The notes under the pieces were generated by a model, which was not told the DNA's origin, ran no database searches, and was given only the letters and a program-made list of their open reading frames with translations. The position numbers and the translations under genes were made by a program. A stretch of 64,000 bases of DNA from Tubiluchus corallicola (taxonomy: Eukaryota; Animalia; Priapulida): contig JAQGDQ010000038.1 of NCBI GenBank assembly GCA_030141605.1, positions 744,001 through 808,000 of the forward strand, read 5' to 3'. This document shows, in pieces, positions 12,416 through 27,129 of the stretch. The stretch's first letter is position 1; every line of letters begins with the position of its first letter.

Positions 12416-15199
12416 TGCACTTGCCACGATATCTTCAGTCAAGGCATGTCAGTGATGTCAGCATTCCTATAAAATAATATAGCAACATTAGAATGCCAAA
12501 AGATTTTGCAACTGCACACATCTGATTTAAAGTAAATTTGCAGACAGTTTTATAGAGTGAGTCTTCTGCCAAAACAAGTGCTCTATCAACAACCTATTTT
12601 ATCGATTTATATTAAAACTGAGTCTGCTCTAATACAAAACACAATTTCTTGAACTTTTACGAAATTGCAGCACCAGAAAAACGGTTGCCAAAAACTTTGC
12701 ATTGGGCAACTAACTGTAAAAAAATTAATAATTTAATTTTATGAACATTATTTTCCAGCAACCAAGCAATGTCTTTGAAATATATAACTGATGCCTGAAA
12801 CAACACATTTCTATGCTTGGAAATCTTAAAATGGAGATTTTTCAAACATTTTGTTCGAACAGCACACTGCTAATTTATGGGTCATGAAAGTTCTTGCCAA
12901 CTTGTCATTGTTGTAATTCTCCTTTAGAACATTTGACCAACTAAATTACAAGTTTTCTGTTTGACAACTTGTTACCTATTGTTTGCCATAGACCATAGAA
13001 TTTATATTAGAACATGGTGCCCATTGTGGCTTCATTTTTGTGCAAGGCTAGCAATCTCCCTGTGCACATGTGTGGCGTTTAAATGAATGCCTATCACACA
13101 ACATTAGTGTACTGCTAGCAATAACAACTTACAATTAAGGTAGTTAAAGGTACATAATTATTCAAATCAAATCTATTTATCTCTGCCATAAAAACAAACA
13201 TATTGACATACAAGTATAATCCACCTAAATTGGAAGGGGTGACAAAAAAACATGATGTTACTGAATCAGCCACCCCACAATTAATTCAAACTTATTCAAC
13301 ATACTGCAAAACAGACTATCGGATGTTTTTTCTCAGAAAAATATTACAAATCATTAACAACAAAAAATAAATAAAAAAATCAACATGCAAAAATAGACAC
13401 GGATTTGTAGAGTAAACATTACAAAATATCATGTCAGTAAATAAATAGAAAAATATAATTCTCAAGCAAATCATGCTATAATACTGTGTATGCTAAACTA
13501 TACACAGGTAATTTTTCATTAATGAAAAAAGTGAACACTACAAAAAACTGTCATCAGGCAATTGTACAATGTAAATTAAAATTCAATATGCTCAAACAAA
13601 AAATAATAAAGAAAATGTCATGCAATTAAATAAATGCTAAGTGCCTTAGATTTTTCACATATTTAGTAGACATTTGTAGAAGCTAATAAATTCCTTTTTT
13701 AATGTTATCCTGCATACATCTAGTAGACAATTTTTGGGAATTCGGCCGTTTACTGCATCATCCTTTTATTTTCATTCTTTCCAATTAAGTCCAATCGAAT
13801 TGTAATTGCATTTACAATTGGACCGACGGTAACCTTAACTGTCATTTCGTATTGTTTAAATGTTAGTAACGGGCCGTATCATTTTATCAATAACTTATCT
13901 TCGGCAAAAAGAATCGCGTCAAATCGTTATTGCACCGCTGGATTCGTATCGTCTAACATCACTGGGCTAGATACACTAGTTCAAAATTCCATTAACATGT
14001 GAATTTAAATAAGCATTATATCAAGCAATAACAAAAACAGCATGTCAAACCTTAGCCTAGATTAGCACTCAACTTCAACAACTAAGCAGTAGACTTTGAA
14101 GACCAGTCAACGAACTTTTCATACAATCGATTTTTAGAAAACTTCCTAGAAAATCAGCACCAAATGTCTCTGCGTTTGGTTTCTTTTGTGGATATCAGTG
14201 CTTTTAAACGCAACCCATTTTTACAGATTTCGTGCTAATCTGACAGGACGCCGTCACGCTCATGTAAGGTTCTGGCGATAAATAATGAATGCAGCTTGCT
14301 AGCTCGGCGAATGCACCGATTCTAGTATAAATTTGTGATCTAATGTGCTTTTGTTTTATTTGCAGTTACCAATACTATAATGCCTTGCATCAACTACTGC
14401 AATCGATACTGAGTATTATAGGCAAAAACTTGCTAAACAGTGCATTGCATGTGGAAATTTTTTAATGACATTGCTAGGTCGGTACAAAAACAACAAGCAA
14501 TACAGTACAGAACAATTTATTACATCAGACTACTACTGAAACAATAGGAAAACCACAATGCCTCAGAATCTAGTATCAAAGCTTCGGATGTCTTCCACAG
14601 CCTACAAACATGAAAAGTGTGTTTGGAGCAGCGAGTTCGAACCTCTGAAATTGATTTTGTTTTTGATTGCACTGAATGACGTTGAAATTCATCTCAATCT
14701 AGCACATTGGTGTTACTTGGAAAGACAAAGTGAATGCCTATAGATCATCCTAAAATATGCTGCTACTGATGTACAATCGTGTATTTGAATTGCTGTGATA
14801 TTATGTAATAGCTGTTTTGTCTAAATAAAATGAACTTGAATTTAGGTGACAATATGCAGACCGTGCATGGAAAATTGGACATGCGCAGATGAGCGTTTTG
14901 CTATACCCTGCATGAAAATGGTAATAACAAGATCAAAACCCGGCAATGACAAATATTATTGTCAATATGAATGACGGTGGTCATAATGGTGGACTCTGCA
15001 AATTTAGTTAAATCGGTTGAAAATTTTATTAATCAGTAAATTTAAACCCAGTCATTGAATGCATAAAATGGGAGAAAATGAATAAAAAATTAAAGCCCCA
15101 CCCCACACAATGCATGCCAAGTGCTATTTGTGTATCATCTGTCAATCCAAGAATGAAAAATGAAGATATGAAACTGAAAGGTAAAAAGTAAACAATATA

Positions 15200-15330
15200 C
15201 TATAATGTAATGTAATAAAACATGACATGGCATAACATAACACAACACAACATGACATGACATGGCATCACGTGACATGACATGACATAACATAACATAT
15301 TCACATGCAAATAAAGATGATGGCATGCAG
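15200..15330. repeat. Degenerate pentanucleotide microsatellite (CATGA/CATAA)n
   Basis: catgacatggcataacataacacaacacaacatgacatgacat... Confidence 0.8.
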
Positions 15331-15512
15331 TTGAATCGAATCTAATTGAATTTTTGACATTTGAACTCGAATCAAATCGAATATCAACATTTCGAATCCG
15401 AATCGAATTCGAAGTCAGTTTTAAATTTTCGAATAGCAAATAAATGCAGTCTCGAATTGTAGGTTAGAATCGAATTAGAATTAAAAAACTCGTTTATCTA
15501 ATTCGGATGTTC
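15331..15512. repeat. TCGAAT-rich repeat relic, resembling the arms of the element at 63146-63670
   Basis: Clustered gaatcgaat/ttcgaat motifs. Confidence 0.5.
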
Positions 15513-15884
15513 GATGTACATGCCTAACAGTCTCACAGTTTGCTTCATACAAAAGTTGAAAAAGCTTGGGTAAATTTTGTCTGAGGCTATTTGAACCGGG
15601 CAATTTCTTGAAGAAAGTGTGACTAGCATAGCTATTATTGTAACACGTCACGTCTATCCGGATCAGTCTACGACTCCGAGCAATGTCATATATCTTATAC
15701 AGACCGCGCATAATGGCCGTAATGCAGAAAATTTCTTTGCGTCTTAATCTGAAAAAATATTAAACAAACGACTCAAAACAGTATGGCTTAGTAAACTTGT
15801 GACCGGTTACTAGTTATTGCAGAGCACGAACAGAAGATTGGAAAATTGTTATTAAGTTTCATTTCTTTAAAAGATTATAAAGAA

Positions 15885-18800
15885 ATGGCTGCAATACGGC
15901 ATACATTGCAAAAAAGCGTATTTCTTCCTAGCGATGAAAGGTTGATTGGCGTTGTTCATGTTACGAAAGTTGCAAAAAAGAAGAAGCAAAGTTTTTTGTG
16001 TGCAGCAGGTGATTTGAACTTCTGAAGTTGTATTTGATTTTTTTTGTTGACAGTTGATATTTGTTCGGAATCAGCATATTTCTTTCAGCTAATCACCCGC
16101 ATCGTGATACCTGGTGCGAAGGTTTTAACGTCAGTTTTATTTACTGTTTTGCAGCAGAGCTAATATTGCAAAATATTATTGTATCGTAATAGAGGTGACC
16201 TGCAAAGTCCGGGTATCAGTAAAAGTAATAAGAAAAACGACCGTTTTTGTTTTACAACTTAAAACTTTTTTCCATTTATTTGTAATTGTTTATGAACAAG
16301 GACTAACATGTTTGACTTATTGTAAGCCTTTTTTTGAGAAAAATGTGATCTCGATCTGTGTGATGTTACAGAATATTATATGTTTGAAGGTAGTATACTG
16401 TACTGTTTTTTAGCAGATACATATCTGCAGCAGTTAGCTAGAAACTACAGCAGTAATATAGAAAAAAATCAGTCTTTTATTTTTACTTTAAGTTAGGGGA
16501 ATGGAAATGCGAAATAAAGACAAGTTCTGCTAAGTGTGACCACAAATTTATCATTTTTCTCCACGAAATGTACTTGCAAGCAAAAAATCCTAAGAATAGG
16601 CCGCAATGCAAGATTTGATTAGGACACTGACTGATTTTATTGGGTTTGAGTTGGACATTTGATGTATTCGATTTTGGTAACATTGGGAGCTTTGTCCATC
16701 CATTTTTAGGAAGCAGCAATAAGTTCCGTTTTTTGGAAAACTTGTGGTAACATACAACTGAAAGTGAACTTACTATGCTACTACCGCTATGGCTGTCACA
16801 TTTATACATGTAAACAGAAGTGTTTAGTTTAGTCACTCTAAATGTTTACTGATTTTTGAAAACGATAAACAGTTCCATTTACCTTGCTTTTGAAATGATT
16901 AACAGTAGCTGATAAAGTTGTTTTTTTAACAAAAGGATCATTCTGAGAATGTATGGTGATAAATTTATTAGTTACTACACTTATTTGTTTCTATTAAAAT
17001 GTATTTTCATCTACTAGGATCTAATACATCAGTAAAATATATGTGAATTTATTTATTTAATCCGGGAACTGAAGGAACTACTAGCTTTTAACATAGTTAT
17101 TCCTAGTTGCTGATAAGCAGCAGCAGCAGCCTGCACAGCCAAAGCTGCTCATTTCTCTTTCAAGGCTGTCATAGTGTAATTAATCACCGCTGATCACCTT
17201 TCTTGTCTATCCTTAAGGTATCTAAGTGTACACTACATTGGAAATATTTGCATAAATGGCATGTAAGTTTATGTAATAGCTTACATGCACAATAAAACAA
17301 ATAGTTGTGGCTTATCCTGACTTTTTAACCTTTGTAAGGTATTCAAGTTTGACAGAAGTTTAAATTAAAATACCTTTCCAGCTGTAATAAACAGCTAGAT
17401 ATTATAACATAGTTTTATGCTTACAAACAAGTGAATACTATATATACAATTATACATAGAGCTTGTACTATAAATACAATATTTGAAACACAGCCAATAT
17501 TTAGAAATGATTTTATTTACTTGCTATGTTTAATGTAATAGGTTATCAAAATTTTAGATTTGAAGCGTTAGATTAAGCGAGCACAACAATAGAAACCACA
17601 TATATTTCCACAAAGTAATCGTCATTAAAGATTTAAAGTTGCTATTTGATACTATTTGACAAGGTGCTTTAGTTGGTGCTTAATGCAGTGCACATTAACT
17701 AATAATTAAGTGCGGTTTTTCATGATGAAATGATGATGTAATGTTTGGTCGTTTTTTATTTGGCTGGAAAAATCCCCTGGAATATTCTTCTCACATTGAG
17801 GTTTCTTGTTTTTAATGCAAAGCTTTCTGATTTTCTGTTTGTTGATAGTTTCTACGGATAAACCACCTGTAGCTGCTGTTTACACTGTGAAAAAGAGTGA
17901 CAAGGGTGACACCTACAAGAAACAAAAGTCATGGATGTTGACAGCTCTTAAAAAAGTGGATGGAAAAGATGCAGGAAAGGTACTGTATAGTTTTAAGCTG
18001 TTTATCTGGCATTTTTTGGGATTTGTTTGACAATGAGGGTTGTGGCTTACAAGAAATTATTTGCTAGTAACTGACAGAATTAATTTTTAAATACGATTTA
18101 ACAGACAGGATTTAAATACGAAATCTATAGTACCCTAGCGTAACAAGAATTTACTTAACTAATAAAGTTCATCAGCCACAAGGTTTAACTGATGAGTATA
18201 AAAATGTTGTCTTGTTCTAAGCTGTCAATGTTTAGTGGAAATTGTTTTGTGGTAAAATTCTGTTTGTGGGCTTTTGTAATACATGTTATTTGTTAAGTTT
18301 GAAACTAATATAATTTGAATGTAATTTCTAGGAGGTGGTTGAATTTGACTTACATTTTGAGAAGATATACAGGTGGGCTGCCAGCAGTGTTCAAGAAAAA
18401 AATGCATTTGTCAGCTGCATATATAAAGTAAGTTGATGTTCTAAGCATTATCTAACTTTGCAAAAATTTGTTTACTTTTTTCTTCCAACTTTTTTCGTAC
18501 AAAAAAGTCATAAGTGTATAATGGTCATTTGATTGTTGTTTGACATTTTTTGGATTTTTTTGTGAAGCTATTTGATTGTTTAAATAACATTATTAACTGT
18601 ACAAACTGTCACTATATTGTTGATATCATCCATTTTAGCTATGATTATTTTACATGTGAAGTTTGTGTTACAAAATGCTTTTATAATGAAATGAACTTAT
18701 TTTACTTAGTTGTGTATTTTGTGTGATTCTTGAATCATGCTTCTAGTCTTTATAATCTTTTTCCAATGTCTAAAACCTTTACAGCCAACAAGAACATTGC

Positions 18801-21800
18801 AGTCATTCAACACTACAGTTTTGTGCAAGTGTAGTTTCCAGTTTCTCGTAGTTTGTGGATTATGTAAATTAAAAAGTCAGTGGCAAAATACTGTACCACA
18901 TTTATCCACCATTAAAATTCACTCATTTTATGGCTAAGATTTATTGATCATTTACAGCAGTTTTGGCAATAGTTTATCCTACCTTATGAAAATGAAGAAT
19001 TTAAAGTAGAAATTGTATGAGTAAGTTTATTTATTAAACATTATTTTCTATAAATATACCATTATTTTATTTTTCAGTTGGTTACCCGTTATCTTCCTCA
19101 TCATCAGATAGAATTTGAGAATGTTCAACAAGATTTGTTGATAGGTAAGGTATGCTGGGTGATTTGAAAACTAACTCTCTTAGTTGCTGCATTCACACAA
19201 GGTCATTTTGATATAATGCAAGTTAGAAGAATTTTTCATTTTTTAAATTGGCAGACATGATTGCTCATGTGAACTACCTTGCCTTAATATGTGGTGATTT
19301 TCTATGAAATTCATTTCGAAGTGTTTTATTCATGTGAATATTATGAATTTAACTGGAAAGAACAGAAGCAAATCTAACAACCTGTTATTTTGCATGCCAT
19401 ATTGTCATTTTTGACTTGTGAACAGCATATATCAAGTAGCATGTATGTGTGAAACACTAGCAGTATGAAACAGCATACATTCAACAGATTGTTGGAAGTG
19501 AAAATTAGAGCTTCATTATATGACAAGCTTTAGTTGCTCAAAATGAATGCTATTTGAAAGTTAAATTTTATGATCAAGCTTTAATCTAATGTGATGTTTA
19601 TGTGTTATCAAATTCCTTTGACCAGACTTCTTCGTAATTTTTTTATTAATTTTCATAAAAGATATTATAGCTATTTATTGCAGAATTTGTCTAAAACTCT
19701 TAGTTGAGTATAAGTTTTATCTTGTTATAGCTTTTTGTACTATTTGTTTCTTCATAACCAAAAGGATTTATTTAGTCTGGACCCTTGTTGATGCAGTCTT
19801 GCTGATTGTGCTTTTAATGACTGTTTTATATTTTGAAAAGTTTTACATGACAGAACATGTTCAGAAGCATGTCACAACAGTCATACAACTTTCAAATCAA
19901 AGTATTTTGTTTTCAAGACTGCATAGAATGCTATAGAGCCTTTTTGATACTGTTTAGAAGCTAAGGCCAGCCATCTAAGATGTAAAACTGAACTATCTAA
20001 GACAGCTTTCTAAGGCTGATTGTATGGAAATGAAATGCTAATATTTGCTCTTACTTTACTAGTGTTTGTGCACAACAGTAGTGTTGCAGGCATTTACTGA
20101 TATATCGCTTTAATTGTATACCTCCTAGTCAAGACAAAATTTGGTAAAATTTTTGGTAACAGGAATTTGTGCAGCTGATATAGCACTTCTAAATAAAGAA
20201 ATAATAGGGTGAAGGTTTGGCATTTGAATTGCATAAAATAAAATTTGCAATGTGTAGTTCTTTTATTTTCTAGAGTCAGTGATTAGAAAAACACGAAGGA
20301 GCTATCATCACCAGTCATTAGATTTTTGGGCTTGTGACCTTGCCTCATTTCTTTGTGTTTCTTTTGAGAATGGAAGTTTTTTGATCTATGGTTCAGAAAC
20401 TGTAGCTCAAATGTAAGGATGCAGTATTTATTTGTTTAATAGATGCATCTCTACAAGAGGACACGTCATCTGCAGCTCCAGCTGATTCGCTAGACATGCA
20501 AGATTATCAGGCCTTGTCACCTAGAGAGGAAGCAGATGTGAAGAAGCTTATGGCTGAATGTGATAGTTCAGTAACCAATGCGGAACAGTTTGTCGAGCAG
20601 TTAGTTAAAGATTTGTCTGTGTTGGATGAGGTAAGAGATATCTCATTATCATCAAATACTAAAACAGAAGCCTATGTATGTAGTTACTTTGATTAATAAC
20701 TAATGATTAGCAAAGTCAAAGCTGTATTGTGTGACAATTTTGTTATGCCCTTAAAGCAAGTGTGTGATGTACAAAAATTTGTTATAATATTTTAAAGAAA
20801 AAAGTCGAAAGGGAAGTAACATCGCCAGCTAAAATTCTAACACGGAACTTATTTTAGCTGCATTTTACTGGAAAACAATCCAATTCAATGCTTCATCAGT
20901 GATACTTCCATTAGGATGAGGTCTCTCTGTAAAATTAGTAGGAAGACTTGTAAAGCATGTGGTTAAAGTTTAGAGGCAATGGAGTGTTCGAAAATGTGCA
21001 AAAGTACTTTTGCAAGATTAACATTTTTTCTTAAAATGATCTGTTTTGTCTTATAACATTTGTTTTAAAACAATAAAGAGTTCCCCCAACAATGTATTGT
21101 TGTCTTGCAAGTGCTTCTCCAAAATCTGAACAAAAAAAAGCACAACAGCATCTTTTTTGATGGAAAATCCATCGTTTGTTTTGTAGTCTGTACTGTGTGT
21201 GTTGAGGTTCTGTCATGTTTCTTACACTTTTGCTTCAGGCTAATCTGCATTCTTTGATGGCATCGGAACAGCAAGTCACGGAGCTGATGAGTTTACTAGA
21301 GCAGGGAATTAATGAAGCTGAGAGAATAGAACAGCGGCTAGACAAATACGATTTACTTTTGCAAGTAAAACCAATTACGTTAACCTACAGTATCTTACCA
21401 CATATTTCTGAGTTTGGAAAGTCGGTGTGTTTAATGATTATCGTGTCTAATTTATAGAAAGTCCAGTTTCAAAATTCAATCAGAACTAAAATATCTGAAA
21501 CTTGTGTAAATTTGAGTTACCCATATTACTAAAAATGTATATTTTTGAAAACTTGAAGTGATTTTTTATTTTTTAAAACAATTAAGTGGCTTTGCCTAAT
21601 TGTTATAATAAGCAAAGACCGAATGTTTACTGTTTTATGCAGTTAGCCAATTCTTAACAGTTTTAATCATCTCATTGCCGTATTTTTATTAATCACATTT
21701 TTTCATTAAGTTTTTCAAAAAGCTAAGTTTTTCATTGTTCGGCTTCAGAAAAGCTAGATTGATCTCAGGATTGTTTATAGGGAGTGAAAGATTACATGGA

Positions 21801-24800
21801 GACAGTCACCGAGAAAGACACAATGATTACTGTGCACACATCAAACAAATCAAAGTTAACTGATTGCTTGGAGGATTTGATAGTAAGGATATATTTTGAC
21901 ATTTGTTACCAAATGAGTTAGTTAAGAATGACGTTTGTTCAGAAAACATGGGTCACAAACAGTGACTTATCAGATTAAATAGGTGTTGCAAAAATGTATT
22001 TTAATTGTTTTTTTAATACAAAATATTTCAAAATTACTTTACACCTGCTAAGTTCTGACTCAGATGTGTCACAACAAAAATAGTAAAGTTTGCAGATGAC
22101 TCTTATTTAAGTGTTCTTTTTTTATGACAAAGAAAACCCACTAATGGAAATGAAAAATATTAAAGCTTGGCATGTGCCACATTTCGAAAATAAAAAGAAG
22201 TGGTGTTTGACTTTAGGAACGCTTCAATGTCTCCTGAAGAATTAGATGGAGTCAGGGGAATATTGAATTTAAACCTACTTTTAATAACATTCAAAGATGA
22301 GTTGGCCTGATCATATTCACTTTACAAGCAAAAGAAGTTGGCAGACAATCTGTTGTTTAGACTGCAGAAAATGAGTACACTGTAGAAGTAAACATGTTTT
22401 TTCATTCGTTAATAGTGCTATTATTATTCTGTGCTTTTCAGTTATGGAACTTTTTAACCGGGGGATATTTTAAGCAGTAGCGGCTCGTGTATAGGTGTTG
22501 TGGAACTGCAGCACCCCCTATTTTCACTCAATATTATCGATAATATTCAATATAATAAGTCTTTTTTTACCTTAGTTCTTTCTTTATAGTAGTATGGTCC
22601 AGAACATACGTGAGGGCAGTACTGTTTGCTTCACAGACCAGCACAACGCGCTTAGAGCTTAAGCAACGTGGTGTTTGGCTGTTCTGCACATGTGGCCATG
22701 TGCACATGTCTGAGATAAGATGCTGCACTTTAGGTAGAAAGAGTACTGTCGCTCATGCAGTGTGCGTTGTCAGTTGTCACGTGCTTAAAAGCCTTGTACC
22801 GGCATTTTCTTGAACTGCGACAATTTAGGCTATTTGTAAGCAAACAGTATTTTTTGTTTAGAATTTTATGAAGTTTGTGTTTGTTTATTTAATATTACAA
22901 TTACAACATTAAAAATTTCATAAGTTTGTTTCATTTTACACAGTATTAAAACAATGGCTAAAAATTTTCTGAAGCAGCACCCTCAAACATTTTAGCTACG
23001 ACCCACCACCACTGATTTTAAGTTGATTCAATATGTATGAAATAGTGCAGGAAAAGGCAAAGTGGAAAGTCTCATGCAGGAGCGAAAGCATTATTTTGGA
23101 GTAAAGATGCAAGATAGCTCAGCAAAGTAGGGTCACACGTTTCACAGTCTCCTACCGCCAAACAGAAAATAGAACGTCTTACAAATACTTGTACGAAGAG
23201 CAGATGATACTTTTATACATGCATGTAAAGAAAATTTAATGAGGATTTTCATTATTATTTTTGTGTTTATTATTCTCTGTTGGTTTTATAGGTTATCCAT
23301 ATTAATTAGTTCAAAATAATCTCTTTCTTTTTTACACTTTAAATTACCCGTGAATTTGTTTTAATACTGATGTATTGGAATTTTATTTGTCAATTTTAAT
23401 TTAAGAATATTGTAGTTCAGCTTGTAATAATAATACTTCAATTAATATTTCTGTAAAATATTCATGGAGAATGGTAATTTTTTAGTTCTTTTCTTTCTTA
23501 CTTAAACAAAAACATCTTTAATGAACTGGTGAATTTGCAAACAATTTGCCAAATTTCTAGCAGTACATTAATTTCAACAGTACAATGCCCCTTAACTTAA
23601 TATCTGCATGAATTGTCTGCTGAAAGTTCATAATGCATGTAATTATTGTCAATACTAAGGTACCTGGTACAACATTCCTATAGTTTTTTGCACATACTGA
23701 CATTAAAATCACATTACGCACACTTTTTTGCCGACTGTAAGGGGTTTAGGGAATTTTTTTAAAAAATCTTTAATAATAGTAGACTTTGATAGTTTGCAAC
23801 TAATTTTTTAAGGAAATCGAAACCATTTTTGTGTTTCAAAACGGTTTATCATTTGCTTTCTTAAAACATGTGTAGATTAAAACATTATAAATACTTTATT
23901 TCAGTATAAACTAGACATTCCCCACAACGATCAGATGACGTTATTGGACGGTGATCTGACAAAACCACATGGGATACGTAAATGTGTTGCTGCAACCAAA
24001 ATATTAGACCAGGCTATGAATGCAGAACTGGATCCTGGTAATTCCTGCTGAGCTTATATTAAATGCCTTTAATTGAGTTTTGTTAGAGCTTTTAATTAGA
24101 GATTTTTGTTAGAGATTCACTACATTTAATTTAGTTTCACATTTTCGCTACTTATAACAGAGGTTTTTTTATGTTCCTGTATTGATTTTTATTTTTTAAT
24201 ATAGGTCTAGAAAGAATGCGAGCAGTTCAAGAACAGCAAAAGTTATTTGACAAACTATTACATACATTTGCTAAACGCTTTTCGCATCAGATGAATAATC
24301 TTTTCATCCATCTGGTAAATATTATTGAGGTTCACTATTAAACATTATTTGTTTTACTGTATCCTGCATAGTAATGGAGTGTAATCCTTTTTTGTTGCAT
24401 CTTGTTTTTGAGGTAGGCCAGAAACAAGCTGCCCGTGTTTCTAACACTGAAATAATCAGAATTAAGTGCCAAACTAAAGCATGTCAACGACTGCAAACAA
24501 TTTTTTTGCATACAAAAAAATAAAAGCAGTTACATGCATGAATGACAAGATATAATTGGAAAAAAATAATTTTTATCTTCAATACTTATTTAACCTAGAA
24601 GACTAAGAAACCCTAAAACCTACATTTCTTATGTTGCATGCTTTATTTGCTTTAAACAAAAGACTCGAATTCTAACTATTTAGTAATGCCACAAATTTAT
24701 GTAATGGTGGTTTGAAATTAAGATCAAGATTTCAAATTTCAAGTTCTTAAATGACTCTATGGCCAGATAAATTTTTTGGCGCAAATTTAAGGCAATAGAC

Positions 24801-27069
24801 ATTAATCTTGCACCTTGCACATTAGTAGCAGAGTCGAACTTTTTACTGTAACACTATTAAAATTTTATACAGCTTATGTGAGCAGAACTTCTCATTTTGT
24901 GTCGTTCACATTTTCCAGAATATTTTGCATTATAGGTGCGAGTTGAAATAGCTGCGAGTATGCATGTCGATAATTACAGGAGCAGTTTTTCAAATTGCTT
25001 TTATTTTAAATTAAATTCATATTTGTTATCCTATTGTCGTAAATGCACTTAAGTTGCATAATGTTGTCATGTATATATTATTTATATTAGAAACTGTAAA
25101 TGGATTTAGGTGCTCTCACCTCTACTTTTAGTGCAATGAACATGAATCAATGGCTCACCAATCACTAGTCCTTTACACAGAGTCGGGAGGCGGGCATGGC
25201 CTTCAGAGTCACGTCAAAATTCATCGAGAGTTACAACCTTATGCTGAGCTAATGACCTGGTTGAAGAAATCTGAACATAACAGTTATAAGCAGTTAGTAA
25301 AGGTAATAAAATATATATTGCTTTGTTTTTTCCTTTGTTTACAACAACTGTCAACATAACAAACTTGGTAACACGAGAGTGAGTTCAAACAGTTTTTAGA
25401 GTAATTTTGAAAGTTAAATTTGTCAAGAAGTGGGATGAGTGATCATGAGGCTCTGAGATTTATTTAATTCACTTTACAGTGTGTAATATGTGTTCAACTT
25501 GATACAAATAAATACACTGTTGCAAAGAGTTTTGGAAGTATTTTGTTTCTTTAACATGTGTTTTTCTTTGTAGATGTATACATCATCTTTTAGTAAATCT
25601 TATGAAAAAGAAATCAGGCAATTTATGGAGCAGTATAGATCATCTCCTCAAAGTCGCCCATCAGAACGAAAGTCAAATACTTTGGGTAAGTCACAAATAA
25701 CCAGGTGAATAATTAAGTCTATTTTGATCAGCGCTTTTTTGTAACTACACAGCTAGCAATTTGAGTTGTACACAAAAATTCAATGATGACAGTCGTGAGG
25801 ATGCTTGGTGACATCGTTGGTATCGTTGGTAATGGCAAAATAGTTGTCTTTTTAGTTAATGTTCTCGTTAATCACATTACTGGAGTTCTGAAATAAGAAC
25901 CAAACACACATTGTCTTTGAATAACATGTCAAGCAAGTCAGTATTTCTCTGTTAATTTTTTCTGTCATTTTGAAGTCACTATTTTTCTTAATCTGTCTTT
26001 TTCTATGTTTTGTATGTTTTAAAAAAAACTTATTCTGTCTGAAATATACACCTGTACTAAAACTAACAGTGGTGGCTATGAGTCTTTTAATTTGGTACTT
26101 TTTATTTCTACTTGTTATAAAACTCAAAACGTTTCTTATGCTACATATATATGATAAGTTTTATTGACTTTTTGTAAAGAACATGAACTGTTACTGAAAT
26201 CGTAATACAAGTTTCTAATTGTCATAATTCATACATTACACCTATACACATGGTTTATGCTGCATGACACTGTCCACGTTTTGTTTTCTTATTTCTATTA
26301 CAGGTGCTGGTTTATCCTCACTGAGCTCTGCTGCACAAGACATTGCCCGTGTGCGATCCAACGCTTCATTGCTGAGTATGGAAGGAGTCGACAGTGGGTC
26401 AGAAATTGACTTGGCAGAGAGGTCAAAATTCGACCTTGCTCTAGAACACATATTGTCGGAATTGGAGCCCATCTGTCTTTCGGAGCAGCAATTCTGTGTG
26501 GAATTTTTTAACTTACCAGACATAGCTGAGGTATTTTTAAGGACAAATATGTAAAGATGTTCTTTGATTTTATGAAATTTTTGTTATTCAGTCATATGTT
26601 GCAGTATCTGAGTATTCATATAAAAAAGGCATATACTGTGTAGTGTTCTTTTTTAGAGTTCTAGAATGCACGTGTATAGCCAGTAATTGCAAAACATCTA
26701 AGCATTGTTTGTTGTACCTTTACATAGTAAGCAGAAAAGACACATTCTAATGTATCATACCTGATGCTCTTCAGTTACATAGTTAAACTTTTCTTTTACC
26801 ATGAACTTGTTTTTAATCCAGGAAAATCCGGCCGATACACCCCAGAAACGTTTAAACAAAACAGAAGAGATGCGAAGGACAATGCACGATCTGTTCCCTA
26901 ATTTAGAATCTGACTTGTATAAATATCTAGATGATTGTTGCAAAGTGGATGGATTGTGAGTTTTCTACAGAATATTGTTTTTTTTACTATTGTTCCTTAA
27001 TTGTAGTAAGGATATTTTTCAATGCATCAATAGTTACATAATTATTAGTTCTATTATACATATTGTTAT

Positions 27070-27129
<60 letters not shown>

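Noticed and set aside
136-12455. Many plus-strand ORFs of 60-156 aa overlapping MYCBP2
   Set aside because: Antisense shadows of long coding exons with no recognisable domains.
15135-15439. Cys/His/Met-rich ORFs
   Set aside because: Translations of the pentanucleotide microsatellite.
15481-15711. 76-aa minus-strand ORF upstream of EXOC1
   Set aside because: No clear homology or splice support; possibly a decayed retroelement fragment.
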